DNA of 64,000 nucleotides from assembly GCA_964373045.1 (NCBI GenBank), contig CAYJSI010000005.1:371-64370 (forward strand), in the 5' to 3' direction. This document shows, piece by piece, positions 47,430-56,092 of the stretch. The DNA is from an uncultured bacterium. GTDB taxonomy: Bacteria; Omnitrophota; Omnitrophia; Omnitrophales; Aquincolibacteriaceae. Positions within the stretch are counted from its first letter, which is position 1. Each line of letters begins with the position of its first letter. The position numbers were made by a program, and so were the translations under genes. The notes below the pieces were generated by a model that saw nothing but the letters and a program-made list of their open reading frames with translations, was not told the DNA's origin and made no database searches.

Positions 47430-49308
47430 GGTCTCGAACAAACTTTCCGTCATCCTGACGATTTTTTTAAGCGCTCTTAGCTTTTTTTTTATCATCTGGC
47501 CCGCGGTTTCATTTTCTCAAGAGCCCGTCCGAGAGATTGCCATTAAGGCAGCCGTTTCGCCGGCCTTTAAGACGAATCCCGAGTGGGAAACGGATATCCG
47601 CGACAGGGTGCTTTTCGCAAACCGTCTCTTTGAGCCCGTTTTCGGAATTCATTTCACGGTTCGTCAAACGATTGAATGGACCCCGGAGGATGAAACCCGG
47701 CCCATGGATCTTCTGATAGAAGAACTCCGAAGTTTTATTGCCCTAAGTCCTGAGGAGGTGGTGGTAGGTTTTCACCGCATGTCTCGGCCCCTTTCGAAGG
47801 AGGTGCTCTCGGACATGGATACCGTGGGCCAAGCGCAATTTTTTCGCGGATTCGTCATGATCCGGGATCCCTTTACCGGACTCGATTCTCTTCATCGAGA
47901 AGTTGTCTTCACTCACGAGCTCGGCCATCTTTTTGGGGCGGTGCACGTCAGTGACGAGACGGCGATCATGAATGCAAAACTCCCCTTTCAACCCGCGCAG
48001 GTTTTTGATACGGACAATCAGGATATTATCCGCTCGACCCGCACCCTTGATTTCCAAAAGGGGCTGGACTCCATTCCGGGAGAATCGATTGACGGGTTGA
48101 TCCGTGTCTATGAAAAATTAATTCGCCTTCATCCTCAAAGTGATTTTTATTTGCAGCTGGGTCATTTTTATGGGAAGCGAGGTCAGAGCGCCAAGGCCAT
48201 TTCGGTTTGGGAAGAGGCGGTGCGCTACCACTACGACAACCCTTACATTCATCGCGAACTCGGGGTTCATTATTTTGAAAGCGCCCGTTATGAACAGGCC
48301 ATCCGTTCACTTGGAAGTGCCGTGGCCCACTTCATTCTTCCGAGTCAAAAGAAGCAAAGGGCCCACACCTTTAATTTGCTCGGAGTAGCGTATTACGAGA
48401 AGGGCAATTTGGAGCAGGCCATTTTTAACTGGCTGCAGGGGCTTACGGCCGATCCCGACGACCCCACGCTCCAGGCGAATCTAGCCGTAACCTATTTGCA
48501 AAAAGGCGATACCGATCGCGGCATTGCAGAACTTTTAAAATTGGCTGCCAAAAATCAGAAAGATCCGACGACCTTAAGCAATTTAGGAGCCGCTTATTTA
48601 AATGTGCGGGATTATGAAAAGGCCTTGGACTATTTGAAACGCGCCCTCGAAAATCTGGCCTTGCCGCTTGCATCAATGGAACCAGGCTCAGCCGGCGAAT
48701 CGCGGGCTCCATCTGCTTTAATGGGGGAGGTCTCAGAAGCGGAGGTTCGTCTCAATTTAGGAGTTGCGCTGCTTGAGCAGGGAAAGGCAGCCGATGCCGT
48801 AAGCGAACTTAAGCGCGCGAATGAGTTACACCCTGACAACGCCCTCGTCTACCGGCCCCTGGCCCGAGCCTACCTGACCCAGCAGGAGCATGAGCGCGCG
48901 ATTAAAGAAATTGAAAACGGCTTACGATACACAAAGGATGATCCGTATCTTTATGCCATGCTGGGGCAGGCCTATGCCGAAACGGGACGAAGGGCGGAGG
49001 CCATGCAGGCCCTGCGGGAGGGTTTGCGATACGCCAAAGATGAATTAGCCGCTAACTTTCATAAGAATATGGCGGTTTTGTATGCTCAGGATCGGGATTT
49101 TACGCGAGCCATGGCGGAATTTAAGACAGCACTGAATCAAAATTGGAAAGATCCCGAGGCGCATACGCAGCTAGGAATGGTTTATGCGACCTTAGGAAAA
49201 ATTGAGGACGCCAAGCGGTCGTTCGAAAACGCGCTTCGTATCGAGCCTCAACATGAGGCGGCCAAGCAGGCCCTCGATTCCTTGGCGAAAAACGGTTCCG
49301 GAAAATAG
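47407..49308 (+). CDS. metzincin-motif zinc protease domain fused to a TPR-repeat array
   Basis: Signal/TM; HELGHLFGAVH (HExxHxxGxxH) followed by a Met-turn-like AIM; then more than 10 TPR repeats. Confidence 0.6.
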   Translation: MPSLQPRKVSNKLSVILTIFLSALSFFFIIWPAVSFSQEPVREIAIKAAVSPAFKTNPEWETDIRDRVLFANRLFEPVFGIHFTVRQTIEWTPEDETRPMDLLIEELRSFIALSPEEVVVGFHRMSRPLSKEVLSDMDTVGQAQFFRGFVMIRDPFTGLDSLHREVVFTHELGHLFGAVHVSDETAIMNAKLPFQPAQVFDTDNQDIIRSTRTLDFQKGLDSIPGESIDGLIRVYEKLIRLHPQSDFYLQLGHFYGKRGQSAKAISVWEEAVRYHYDNPYIHRELGVHYFESARYEQAIRSLGSAVAHFILPSQKKQRAHTFNLLGVAYYEKGNLEQAIFNWLQGLTADPDDPTLQANLAVTYLQKGDTDRGIAELLKLAAKNQKDPTTLSNLGAAYLNVRDYEKALDYLKRALENLALPLASMEPGSAGESRAPSALMGEVSEAEVRLNLGVALLEQGKAADAVSELKRANELHPDNALVYRPLARAYLTQQEHERAIKEIENGLRYTKDDPYLYAMLGQAYAETGRRAEAMQALREGLRYAKDELAANFHKNMAVLYAQDRDFTRAMAEFKTALNQNWKDPEAHTQLGMVYATLGKIEDAKRSFENALRIEPQHEAAKQALDSLAKNGSGK

Positions 49309-49322
49309 CAAGGCAGGTTCTC

Positions 49323-50042
49323 ATGATCGACACAAAGGCTTTTTGGAAAAATCAGCGGCTCCTCGTTATCTCGCCTCACCCCGATGATGAGGTCTTTGGC
49401 TGCGGGGGGACTATGGCCAAGGCGAAGGCCTTGGGGTGCGGGGTTTATGTGATGATTTTTTCGGTGGGGGACTTAAAATTTTACGAGAAAAAAAGCCTGG
49501 TTAAAGCCAAAAAACGGGTGGGCGAGGTGGCCCGGGTGGCGAAGATCCTCCAATGGGATGGCTATGAAATTATTTATGAAGACACGGAAAAGCATTTGAG
49601 GCTGGATGCCCTGCCCCAGCGTGATCTCATCGCAAAAATTGAAAAAGAGAGCACGGTCTCCATGGAAAAGGTGAAGCCGACGATGATTGCGATCCCGGCG
49701 CCCTCTTATAATCAGGATCACCGGGCGGTTTATGAGGCCGCCTTCGCCGCCAACCGGATTCATGCCGGGGGATCCAAGGTGATTGCTGAGACCGTGCTCG
49801 TCTATGAAAGCCCCACGCTGAGTTGGAGCCCCAAAGGGAAGTCGTTTCGTCCCAATTTTTATGTTGATATCTCGGATTATCTGGCAGTGAGAAGGAGAAC
49901 CATCCAAACGTATGTCTCTCAGCGCCGCGATTCTCGCGATCCCTGCGGCCTGGAAAATTTAGAAGACCTGGCTCGCGTGCGCGGCCGTGAAGCGGGCCGG
50001 GGATCTTGCGAGGCCTACGAACTTTGCCGTTTTATTGTCTAG
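49323..50042 (+). CDS. PIG-L/LmbE-family N-acetylglucosaminyl deacetylase
   Basis: ISPHPDDEVFGCGGT metal-binding motif. Confidence 0.8.
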   Translation: MIDTKAFWKNQRLLVISPHPDDEVFGCGGTMAKAKALGCGVYVMIFSVGDLKFYEKKSLVKAKKRVGEVARVAKILQWDGYEIIYEDTEKHLRLDALPQRDLIAKIEKESTVSMEKVKPTMIAIPAPSYNQDHRAVYEAAFAANRIHAGGSKVIAETVLVYESPTLSWSPKGKSFRPNFYVDISDYLAVRRRTIQTYVSQRRDSRDPCGLENLEDLARVRGREAGRGSCEAYELCRFIV

Positions 50043-50048
50043 AGGCAC

Positions 50049-50756
50049 ATGATCCTTGCCGGGCATCAACCCAATTACCTGCCCTATCTCGGCTTTTTTC
50101 ATAAGATTTACCACTGCGATCTTTTTGTCATCGTGGATAACGTGCAGTATGTCAAACGGGGCCCCTTCGGCTGGGTCAACCGCAATAAGATCAGGACACA
50201 AGATGGCTGGCAATGGCTCACGGTCCCCGTGCTGGTGAAAGGCAAGTTCCACCAGAGCATTCTGGAAACCCGCATCAATACCGTCCTGCCCTGGGCCCGC
50301 AAACATTGGAAAAGCCTCCTTGTGAATTACGAAAAGTGCCCTTATTTTTCTCAGTATGCCGATTTTTTTGACGATACCTATAACAATAAGAAATGGGAGA
50401 GTTTTGCTGATTTAAGCGTGCATCTTATCTTGCATCTGATGAAGCTCTTGGGGATCGAAAGGCCCGTCAAAAGGGCCTCCGAGATCAAAGCCGAGGGCAA
50501 GGGGGATGACCTGATTCTGGACATGTGTCATAAAACGGGGGCGGATGCCTATTTGCATGGCGTGCACGGCAAAGACTACATTGATGAAAATAAATTCAAG
50601 CAGCAGAATATCCGGAGCCTGTATCAGGATTTTCAGCACCCGGTTTATCGTCAGCGTTTCGAACCCTTTGTCTCTCATATGTCGGTGATCGATCTTTTGT
50701 TTAATCACGGGGCCGCCAGTTCGGATATCCTCCTCGGCCGCCAAAAAGTGGCGTGA
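50049..50756 (+). CDS. WbqC-family protein (polysaccharide biosynthesis associated)
   Basis: The HQPNYLPYLGFFHKI N-terminus is diagnostic of WbqC-like proteins. Confidence 0.8.
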   Translation: MILAGHQPNYLPYLGFFHKIYHCDLFVIVDNVQYVKRGPFGWVNRNKIRTQDGWQWLTVPVLVKGKFHQSILETRINTVLPWARKHWKSLLVNYEKCPYFSQYADFFDDTYNNKKWESFADLSVHLILHLMKLLGIERPVKRASEIKAEGKGDDLILDMCHKTGADAYLHGVHGKDYIDENKFKQQNIRSLYQDFQHPVYRQRFEPFVSHMSVIDLLFNHGAASSDILLGRQKVA

Positions 50757-50760
50757 ATCG

Positions 50761-51813
50761 ATGATCGACCTCTCATGGCTGCATCATTCCTATTTAAAAA
50801 TTTTTTTAGTGGCCGTGGGCGTCACGCTCCTGACAACGCCTTTCGTAAGGGCCCTCGCCATCCGCATGGGGGCCATGGATCTTCCATCAGACGTCAAGGT
50901 TCACAAGAAAGCCACCCCCCGGCTCGGAGGTCTTGCTATTTTTCTTGGGTTTCTATTCTCCCTTCTTTTTGTGGAGTCGCTTAGCCCCCAACAAAAAACG
51001 ATCATCATGAGCGCGGCCTTTGCCCATCTCATCGGGATTTTGGATGATACGCGATCTGTTCCCGCCGCGGTCAAGCTGCTTTCCCTTTTCGCCATCACGG
51101 CCTTTCTGGCTTACCGCGGCATCATGCTTCATTTAACGCCCTGGCTGCCAGTCGATTTGTTTCTCACCCTTTTCTGGATCGTGGGAGTGACTAGCGCCTT
51201 TAATGCCATGGATAATATGGATGGCTTGGCCGCGGGGTTGACCTTCTTTGCTTCACTCGCCTACGCCTATATTGCGGTGCAAAATAACCAGTGGGGGTGG
51301 GGTGCCCTGGCCGTGGCGCTCATGGGGAGCTCCTTGGGATTTCTATTTTATAATCTTCCGCCGGCCTCCATTTTTATGGGCGATTCGGGAAGTTTTTTCC
51401 TGGGCTATTCCTTGGCCGCGATCAGTGTGATGGGTGTTTGGTCGACTCATCCCTTAAAGGCCATCGCCGTTCCCGTCTTCATTTTAGGGCTCCCCATTTT
51501 TGATTTGATTTATGTCGTGAGCAAACGGCATCATCACCGAATCACAAGGTCGCTGCGTCAGATCGTAACCTTCAGCGCGAAAGATCATTTCTCTCATCGT
51601 CTTGTCAAGCTCGGTTTGTCGCAGCGCTCAGCCCTCTTTTTTATGCTTGCGGCCGGATTGGCCTTAAGCCTCGGGGCCGTTTCCATGCGTTATGTGCAAA
51701 AAATCGAGGCCATCCTTCTTTGCGTTCAATACGTTATTACGATCCTGCTCATTGTTTTTTTGATGGAATTGATCGATCAGAACACTCAAAAACGTAAAAA
51801 TGATTTCGATTAA
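50761..51813 (+). CDS. polyprenyl-phosphate N-acetylhexosamine-1-phosphate transferase (WecA/WbpL/MraY family)
   Basis: Polytopic membrane protein with the NAMDNMDGLAAG motif. Confidence 0.85.
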   Translation: MIDLSWLHHSYLKIFLVAVGVTLLTTPFVRALAIRMGAMDLPSDVKVHKKATPRLGGLAIFLGFLFSLLFVESLSPQQKTIIMSAAFAHLIGILDDTRSVPAAVKLLSLFAITAFLAYRGIMLHLTPWLPVDLFLTLFWIVGVTSAFNAMDNMDGLAAGLTFFASLAYAYIAVQNNQWGWGALAVALMGSSLGFLFYNLPPASIFMGDSGSFFLGYSLAAISVMGVWSTHPLKAIAVPVFILGLPIFDLIYVVSKRHHHRITRSLRQIVTFSAKDHFSHRLVKLGLSQRSALFFMLAAGLALSLGAVSMRYVQKIEAILLCVQYVITILLIVFLMELIDQNTQKRKNDFD

Positions 51814-51881
51814 AGGAGATTGATCAAACGTGATCGAGAGAATTCGTTGCGGTGAGATCAAAAAATCGATAAACTCTGCCT

Positions 51882-52688
51882 ATGTATCTTGACTATTGGG
51901 GACTCAGCGACAAGCCGTTTAGGAACACCACGGACCCGCGGTTTCTTTGCCTCTCCGAGCAGCACGAGGAGGCGCTAACGCGCCTTAAATTTGCGGTAGA
52001 AGAATTCAAGGCCTGCGCCCTGTTGACCGGTGTCTTTGGAACCGGGAAAACCCTCCTGGTTCAGGCCCTGCTCGAAGGCCTGCGGCCCGATCAGTTTGTC
52101 TCAGCCTATATCTTCAATCCTCAGCTTGATCACGTGGAACTGCTTCGCGAAATTCTTTATGAGTTGGGAGCGCGCGATCACATCCCGGAGCATAAAAGCG
52201 ACGTCATGCACCGTCTCTCGGAGATATTAAATGACAACTATTCCGAAGGGCGCCATGCCGTGATCGTTATAGACGAGGCCCACTTAATTGAGGGCCGTCT
52301 CATTTTTGAAGAATTGCGCATGCTTCTCAATTTCCAGAAACCCGATAAGTTTTTGCTCACGCTCATTTTAGTGGGGCAGCCCGAACTTCGGGAGAAGATC
52401 GCAAACTTGAAGCCCCTTGATCAGCGCGTTTATATCCGCTTTCATTTAAAAGGCCTGAAGGCCGATGAAACAAAGGCCTACATCCTCCATCGGCTGGCGG
52501 TGGCGGGGGCGACCAAGGAAATTTTTGAGGAGGATACCTTCTCCGCGATCCATGAAGCAACGGGCGGAATCCCGCGGCGCATCAATCAGATCTGTGATTT
52601 GGCTCTGCTTGCTGGTTTTGGGATGAAGTTATCGACGATTAATCAGTCGGTTCTGAAGGAAGTGGTCATGGATTCTCAAGCGGTCTAA
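51882..52688 (+). CDS. ExeA/GspA/MshM-like AAA+ ATPase, copy 1
   Basis: Walker A GVFGTGKT and Walker B VIVIDEAHLI. About 270 aa, the size of ExeA-like secretin-assembly ATPases. Confidence 0.75.
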   Translation: MYLDYWGLSDKPFRNTTDPRFLCLSEQHEEALTRLKFAVEEFKACALLTGVFGTGKTLLVQALLEGLRPDQFVSAYIFNPQLDHVELLREILYELGARDHIPEHKSDVMHRLSEILNDNYSEGRHAVIVIDEAHLIEGRLIFEELRMLLNFQKPDKFLLTLILVGQPELREKIANLKPLDQRVYIRFHLKGLKADETKAYILHRLAVAGATKEIFEEDTFSAIHEATGGIPRRINQICDLALLAGFGMKLSTINQSVLKEVVMDSQAV

Positions 52689-52704
52689 GTGAGGAATTTA
52701 TAAA

Positions 52705-54378
52705 ATGCGTTTTTCTGATATCGTCAAACCCAGAGACGAAGCGGAGGCAGCCTTTATCCAAAAAGAGACCCCTCCCAAGACAGCAAAACCGCCCCAACCC
52801 ATCCCAAGTCCTCCACGCAAGGCACCTGCCCAGGCAGAACCCCTGCGCGTCGATCGTGCCGCCATTGAAAAAGAACTTCGCGCCCAGCTTGAGAAAGAAT
52901 TTCAGATGAAGAGGGAGGGCATGGAAACAGAACTCAAGATGCTTTTTGAGAAAAAACGCCAGGAAGAAGTTGTGCGATTGCGTGAGCATGAAGACACCCT
53001 GCTCAGTCAGCAGGAAAAACTCAGCCGGATGTTCGAGGAGTTTCAAAAACAAAAGGAAGAAAAACAAAAGGAGGAGAAACGCAAAGAAGTTACGGAAAGC
53101 GAACGGCGGATGGAAGAGCTTCAAAAGAAAATTCTAGAACGGGACCAAACGCTTCGCAAAATGGAAGCGGAGATCAGGGGTCAAAAGGAAAAAACCGAGG
53201 AAAGAACTCCCACCGCGCCTGCGGCGCGACCAAAGGCTCCTGAGCAATACGAAACATCGGTTGAGACCGGACCTCCGCCCATTGTCGAGATCCCGCCTTT
53301 TACAAAACCCGTGGTGCGCGAGAAAGTCGATGTTTCGACGATCTTTGATCCGGTTCGTCACAAAAAGGCCAAGTCGATTGCGGAAGAATTGATAGCCCGC
53401 GGAAGTCCTGTCATTGAAAAAATTGCAAAGTCGGAGCCCTTTGAGGTCACAGGGTTGACTGCATCGCTCGCCTCACTCGTTGATCTGGCACTTCAAAGTG
53501 ATGCAGAGTTGATTCATTTGCTTTTTCAACCTTATAGCGAAACCACCGAGTTTATTTCCCACGCCCTTAATTCTGCGATCCTATCCGTCATCCTCGGGCT
53601 TGATCTTCAACTGGCCTCAGATGAGCTTCGCGAGCTGGCCCTCGCCGCTTTTCTGCATGACGTCGGCCTTGTGAATATCAGAGAGAATCTTAATTATCCA
53701 AAACAATTGACGGATGATGTCCAAAAAGAAATCTTGAGCCATCCCATTCGCGGCGCTGATCTTTTGGCAGACAAGGTGAGCGAGCCGGCCGTAACTGCCA
53801 TTCGTCAGCATCATGAAGTCTGTAACGGCAAGGGTTATCCGGAGGGGCTGACAGATAAGCAGATTCACCTTTACGCCAAGATTCTTCACGTGGCGGATGT
53901 CTTTGAGGCCCTGACCCATGAACGCCCTTACCGGAAAAAACCCTTTGAGGTGAATGAGGCGATGAAGGAAATCATCGAAAAGGGCCGCGGGGTCTATGAC
54001 CCGGCGGTGATGAAGGTCCTGATGGGCCGCATTGGTCTCTATCCTCCCATGAGCCTCGTGGAACTCAGCAATAAACAAATCGCTCGCGTCATTCGGCTGA
54101 ATCGAAAATTCCCCTTAAGCCCCGTGCTTCGCGTTGAGTTTGACGAAAACGGAAACAAGCTTGAAAGGCCCCCCGTCTTGGATTTAAGCGAATCTCGGGT
54201 CATCCACATTACGGGACCCGTGAGAGAATCCCCCTCTTTTCACGCCAAAAAGATGGCGGCGGAGACGTCTAGGACAGCTTCGGCGGCGGCCGGCAGCCCG
54301 CGATTTATCGAATTCATCCCTATGGTTCTCATTGCCATCGCTATTCTCCTCCTCCTCTATATTGTGGTAAAGATCTAA
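52705..54378 (+). CDS. HD-GYP domain c-di-GMP phosphodiesterase with long N-terminal charged coiled-coil and C-terminal TM tail
   Basis: Within a contiguous HD-GYP domain I see the FLHDVGL (HD) and NGKGYPEGL (GYP) motifs. The first ~200 aa are K/E-rich coiled coil. The last ~25 aa are hydrophobic. Confidence 0.85.
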   Translation: MRFSDIVKPRDEAEAAFIQKETPPKTAKPPQPIPSPPRKAPAQAEPLRVDRAAIEKELRAQLEKEFQMKREGMETELKMLFEKKRQEEVVRLREHEDTLLSQQEKLSRMFEEFQKQKEEKQKEEKRKEVTESERRMEELQKKILERDQTLRKMEAEIRGQKEKTEERTPTAPAARPKAPEQYETSVETGPPPIVEIPPFTKPVVREKVDVSTIFDPVRHKKAKSIAEELIARGSPVIEKIAKSEPFEVTGLTASLASLVDLALQSDAELIHLLFQPYSETTEFISHALNSAILSVILGLDLQLASDELRELALAAFLHDVGLVNIRENLNYPKQLTDDVQKEILSHPIRGADLLADKVSEPAVTAIRQHHEVCNGKGYPEGLTDKQIHLYAKILHVADVFEALTHERPYRKKPFEVNEAMKEIIEKGRGVYDPAVMKVLMGRIGLYPPMSLVELSNKQIARVIRLNRKFPLSPVLRVEFDENGNKLERPPVLDLSESRVIHITGPVRESPSFHAKKMAAETSRTASAAAGSPRFIEFIPMVLIAIAILLLLYIVVKI

Positions 54379-54560
54379 CTGACCTACTGTTTGTAGTACC
54401 CCCCGCTCACTCCGGCCTAAAGTGTCGCAACCCCTTTTTCTTCAAAGGGTTGTCTTAAGAAATCCCCTCTGATTGCCGATCTTAGATAAGCAGCTTTCAT
54501 GAGGTCCAAAGGGGATTTTTGTCCCCCGAAAGCCCTCAAAAATATAGGAATTCGGGATCC

Positions 54561-55430
54561 ATGAGCTACTATCGAGTCCTTGGACTTGAAAGGGAACCTT
54601 TTTCGACGAGCCCGGACCCTGCCTTTTTTTATGAATCGAGGCATCACAAGGCAGCCCTGGCCAATCTGATGATCGAGCTTCGTCTCAAGCGCGGCCTGAG
54701 CGTGATCCTAGGGGATGTGGGAACGGGGAAAACGACCCTGGGTCGCAAGCTGATTCAAATGCTGCGCGACCGGGAGGGTTTTATTTTTCATCTTATCCTA
54801 GATCCCTCTTATAGCTCTGAGGAATTATTTCTCGAATCACTGATTCGCACCATGGGGATCGAGATTTCTCATCCCAAACCCAGCGTCATTGATTGCAAAG
54901 AAGCCCTTGAGCGGCATCTCTTTCGAATCGGAGCCGGCGGGGACAAAACACTTGTCCTGATTATCGACGAAGCGCAGAAGATGAATCCCATGTCGCTAGA
55001 AATCCTCCGCATGCTCCTCAATTACGAAACCAATGAATACAAATTGCTGCAGCTCGTTCTGCTTTCCCAGGTCGAGCTGATGCCCAATTTGGTCCACATG
55101 CAGAACCTGCTTGACCGCATCAGCCTGAAATGTATTTTGGAGCCCTTAAACGAGGAAGAGACCCGGGAAATGATTCATTTCCGTTTGCGCCAGGCAGGCT
55201 TCGGCGGGCGTTATCATCTTTTTGTAGACGAGGCTGCCCGGGAGATCTACCGCGCCACGCGCGGATATCCGAGAAAGATTGCAATGCTTTGCCACCGCGC
55301 CCTTAAAACTTTGGTGATGAAAAACCGAGAGATTGTGAATGCTGAAATGATAGAATCCCTGGTGGGTGAGGAGGTTCGAGCAGGATGGTACAACGCAAGT
55401 CCACTCCCGAAGAGCAACTTCTTAAGCTGA
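54561..55430 (+). CDS. ExeA/GspA/MshM-like AAA+ ATPase, copy 2
   Basis: Walker A GDVGTGKT and Walker B VLIIDEAQKM. Start taken at MSYYRVLGLE. Confidence 0.75.
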   Translation: MSYYRVLGLEREPFSTSPDPAFFYESRHHKAALANLMIELRLKRGLSVILGDVGTGKTTLGRKLIQMLRDREGFIFHLILDPSYSSEELFLESLIRTMGIEISHPKPSVIDCKEALERHLFRIGAGGDKTLVLIIDEAQKMNPMSLEILRMLLNYETNEYKLLQLVLLSQVELMPNLVHMQNLLDRISLKCILEPLNEEETREMIHFRLRQAGFGGRYHLFVDEAAREIYRATRGYPRKIAMLCHRALKTLVMKNREIVNAEMIESLVGEEVRAGWYNASPLPKSNFLS

Positions 55431-56092
55431 TCGAAGGCTCAGGCGCCAAGCCGGAAGACTCAAAAATGGCTGGAGCCGCTAAGCCCAAGCGCGGATCAGT
55501 CTTTGGAAGGGCGCCGGGTTTTATTTCTTATTTCAAGACTCAATGGGGAAGACGTGAAATCGGGGCTCCCTGGAAAGGGATTTCGGTGACGACCCTTGAT
55601 ATCAAGGGAATCAACCGAATTCTCATGGGGATGATCTTTGCCACGGTGATTTATCTTCTGCTTGACCTCGTGATTTTAAAACCCAGTCACGCGAATTTTT
55701 TAGCGCAGGTGAGTACGAGCGACCCCGTCTACCCCGTCTTAGAAAAACAGCTTCAAACCTCGGAGCAGGATCTCGCGCTTTATAAGCAATCCTTTCAAAA
55801 ACGAAATCCATTTTTCCTACCCTCGGCCCAACCGGCCGATGAATCTGGTGTTCCAGGTTCACTTGCCATGTCCACCGGATCCACAAGCCGTGTGGTGCAG
55901 GCGCTTCAGGGGTTGAAGCTGGTCGGTGTTTCACTCGGAGGCCGTGACCCCATCGCCATGGTGGAAGATGAATCCACGGGGCGGACTTATTTTCTCAGGC
56001 ACGGCCAGGAGGTTCGGGGCGTCAAGGTCCAGTCGATTCGCCAAGAAAAGGTTACCGTGACCTTTGAAGGGGAAGAAGGAGAACTGCTTTAA
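55385..56092 (+). CDS. single-pass membrane protein (possible GspB/ExeB-like partner of ExeA)
   Basis: About 85 cytoplasmic residues, one TM (ILMGMIFATVIYLLLDLVIL), and a periplasmic C-terminal region. The role is inferred from its position between the ExeA-like ATPase and the secretin. Confidence 0.35.
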   Translation: MVQRKSTPEEQLLKLIEGSGAKPEDSKMAGAAKPKRGSVFGRAPGFISYFKTQWGRREIGAPWKGISVTTLDIKGINRILMGMIFATVIYLLLDLVILKPSHANFLAQVSTSDPVYPVLEKQLQTSEQDLALYKQSFQKRNPFFLPSAQPADESGVPGSLAMSTGSTSRVVQALQGLKLVGVSLGGRDPIAMVEDESTGRTYFLRHGQEVRGVKVQSIRQEKVTVTFEGEEGELL

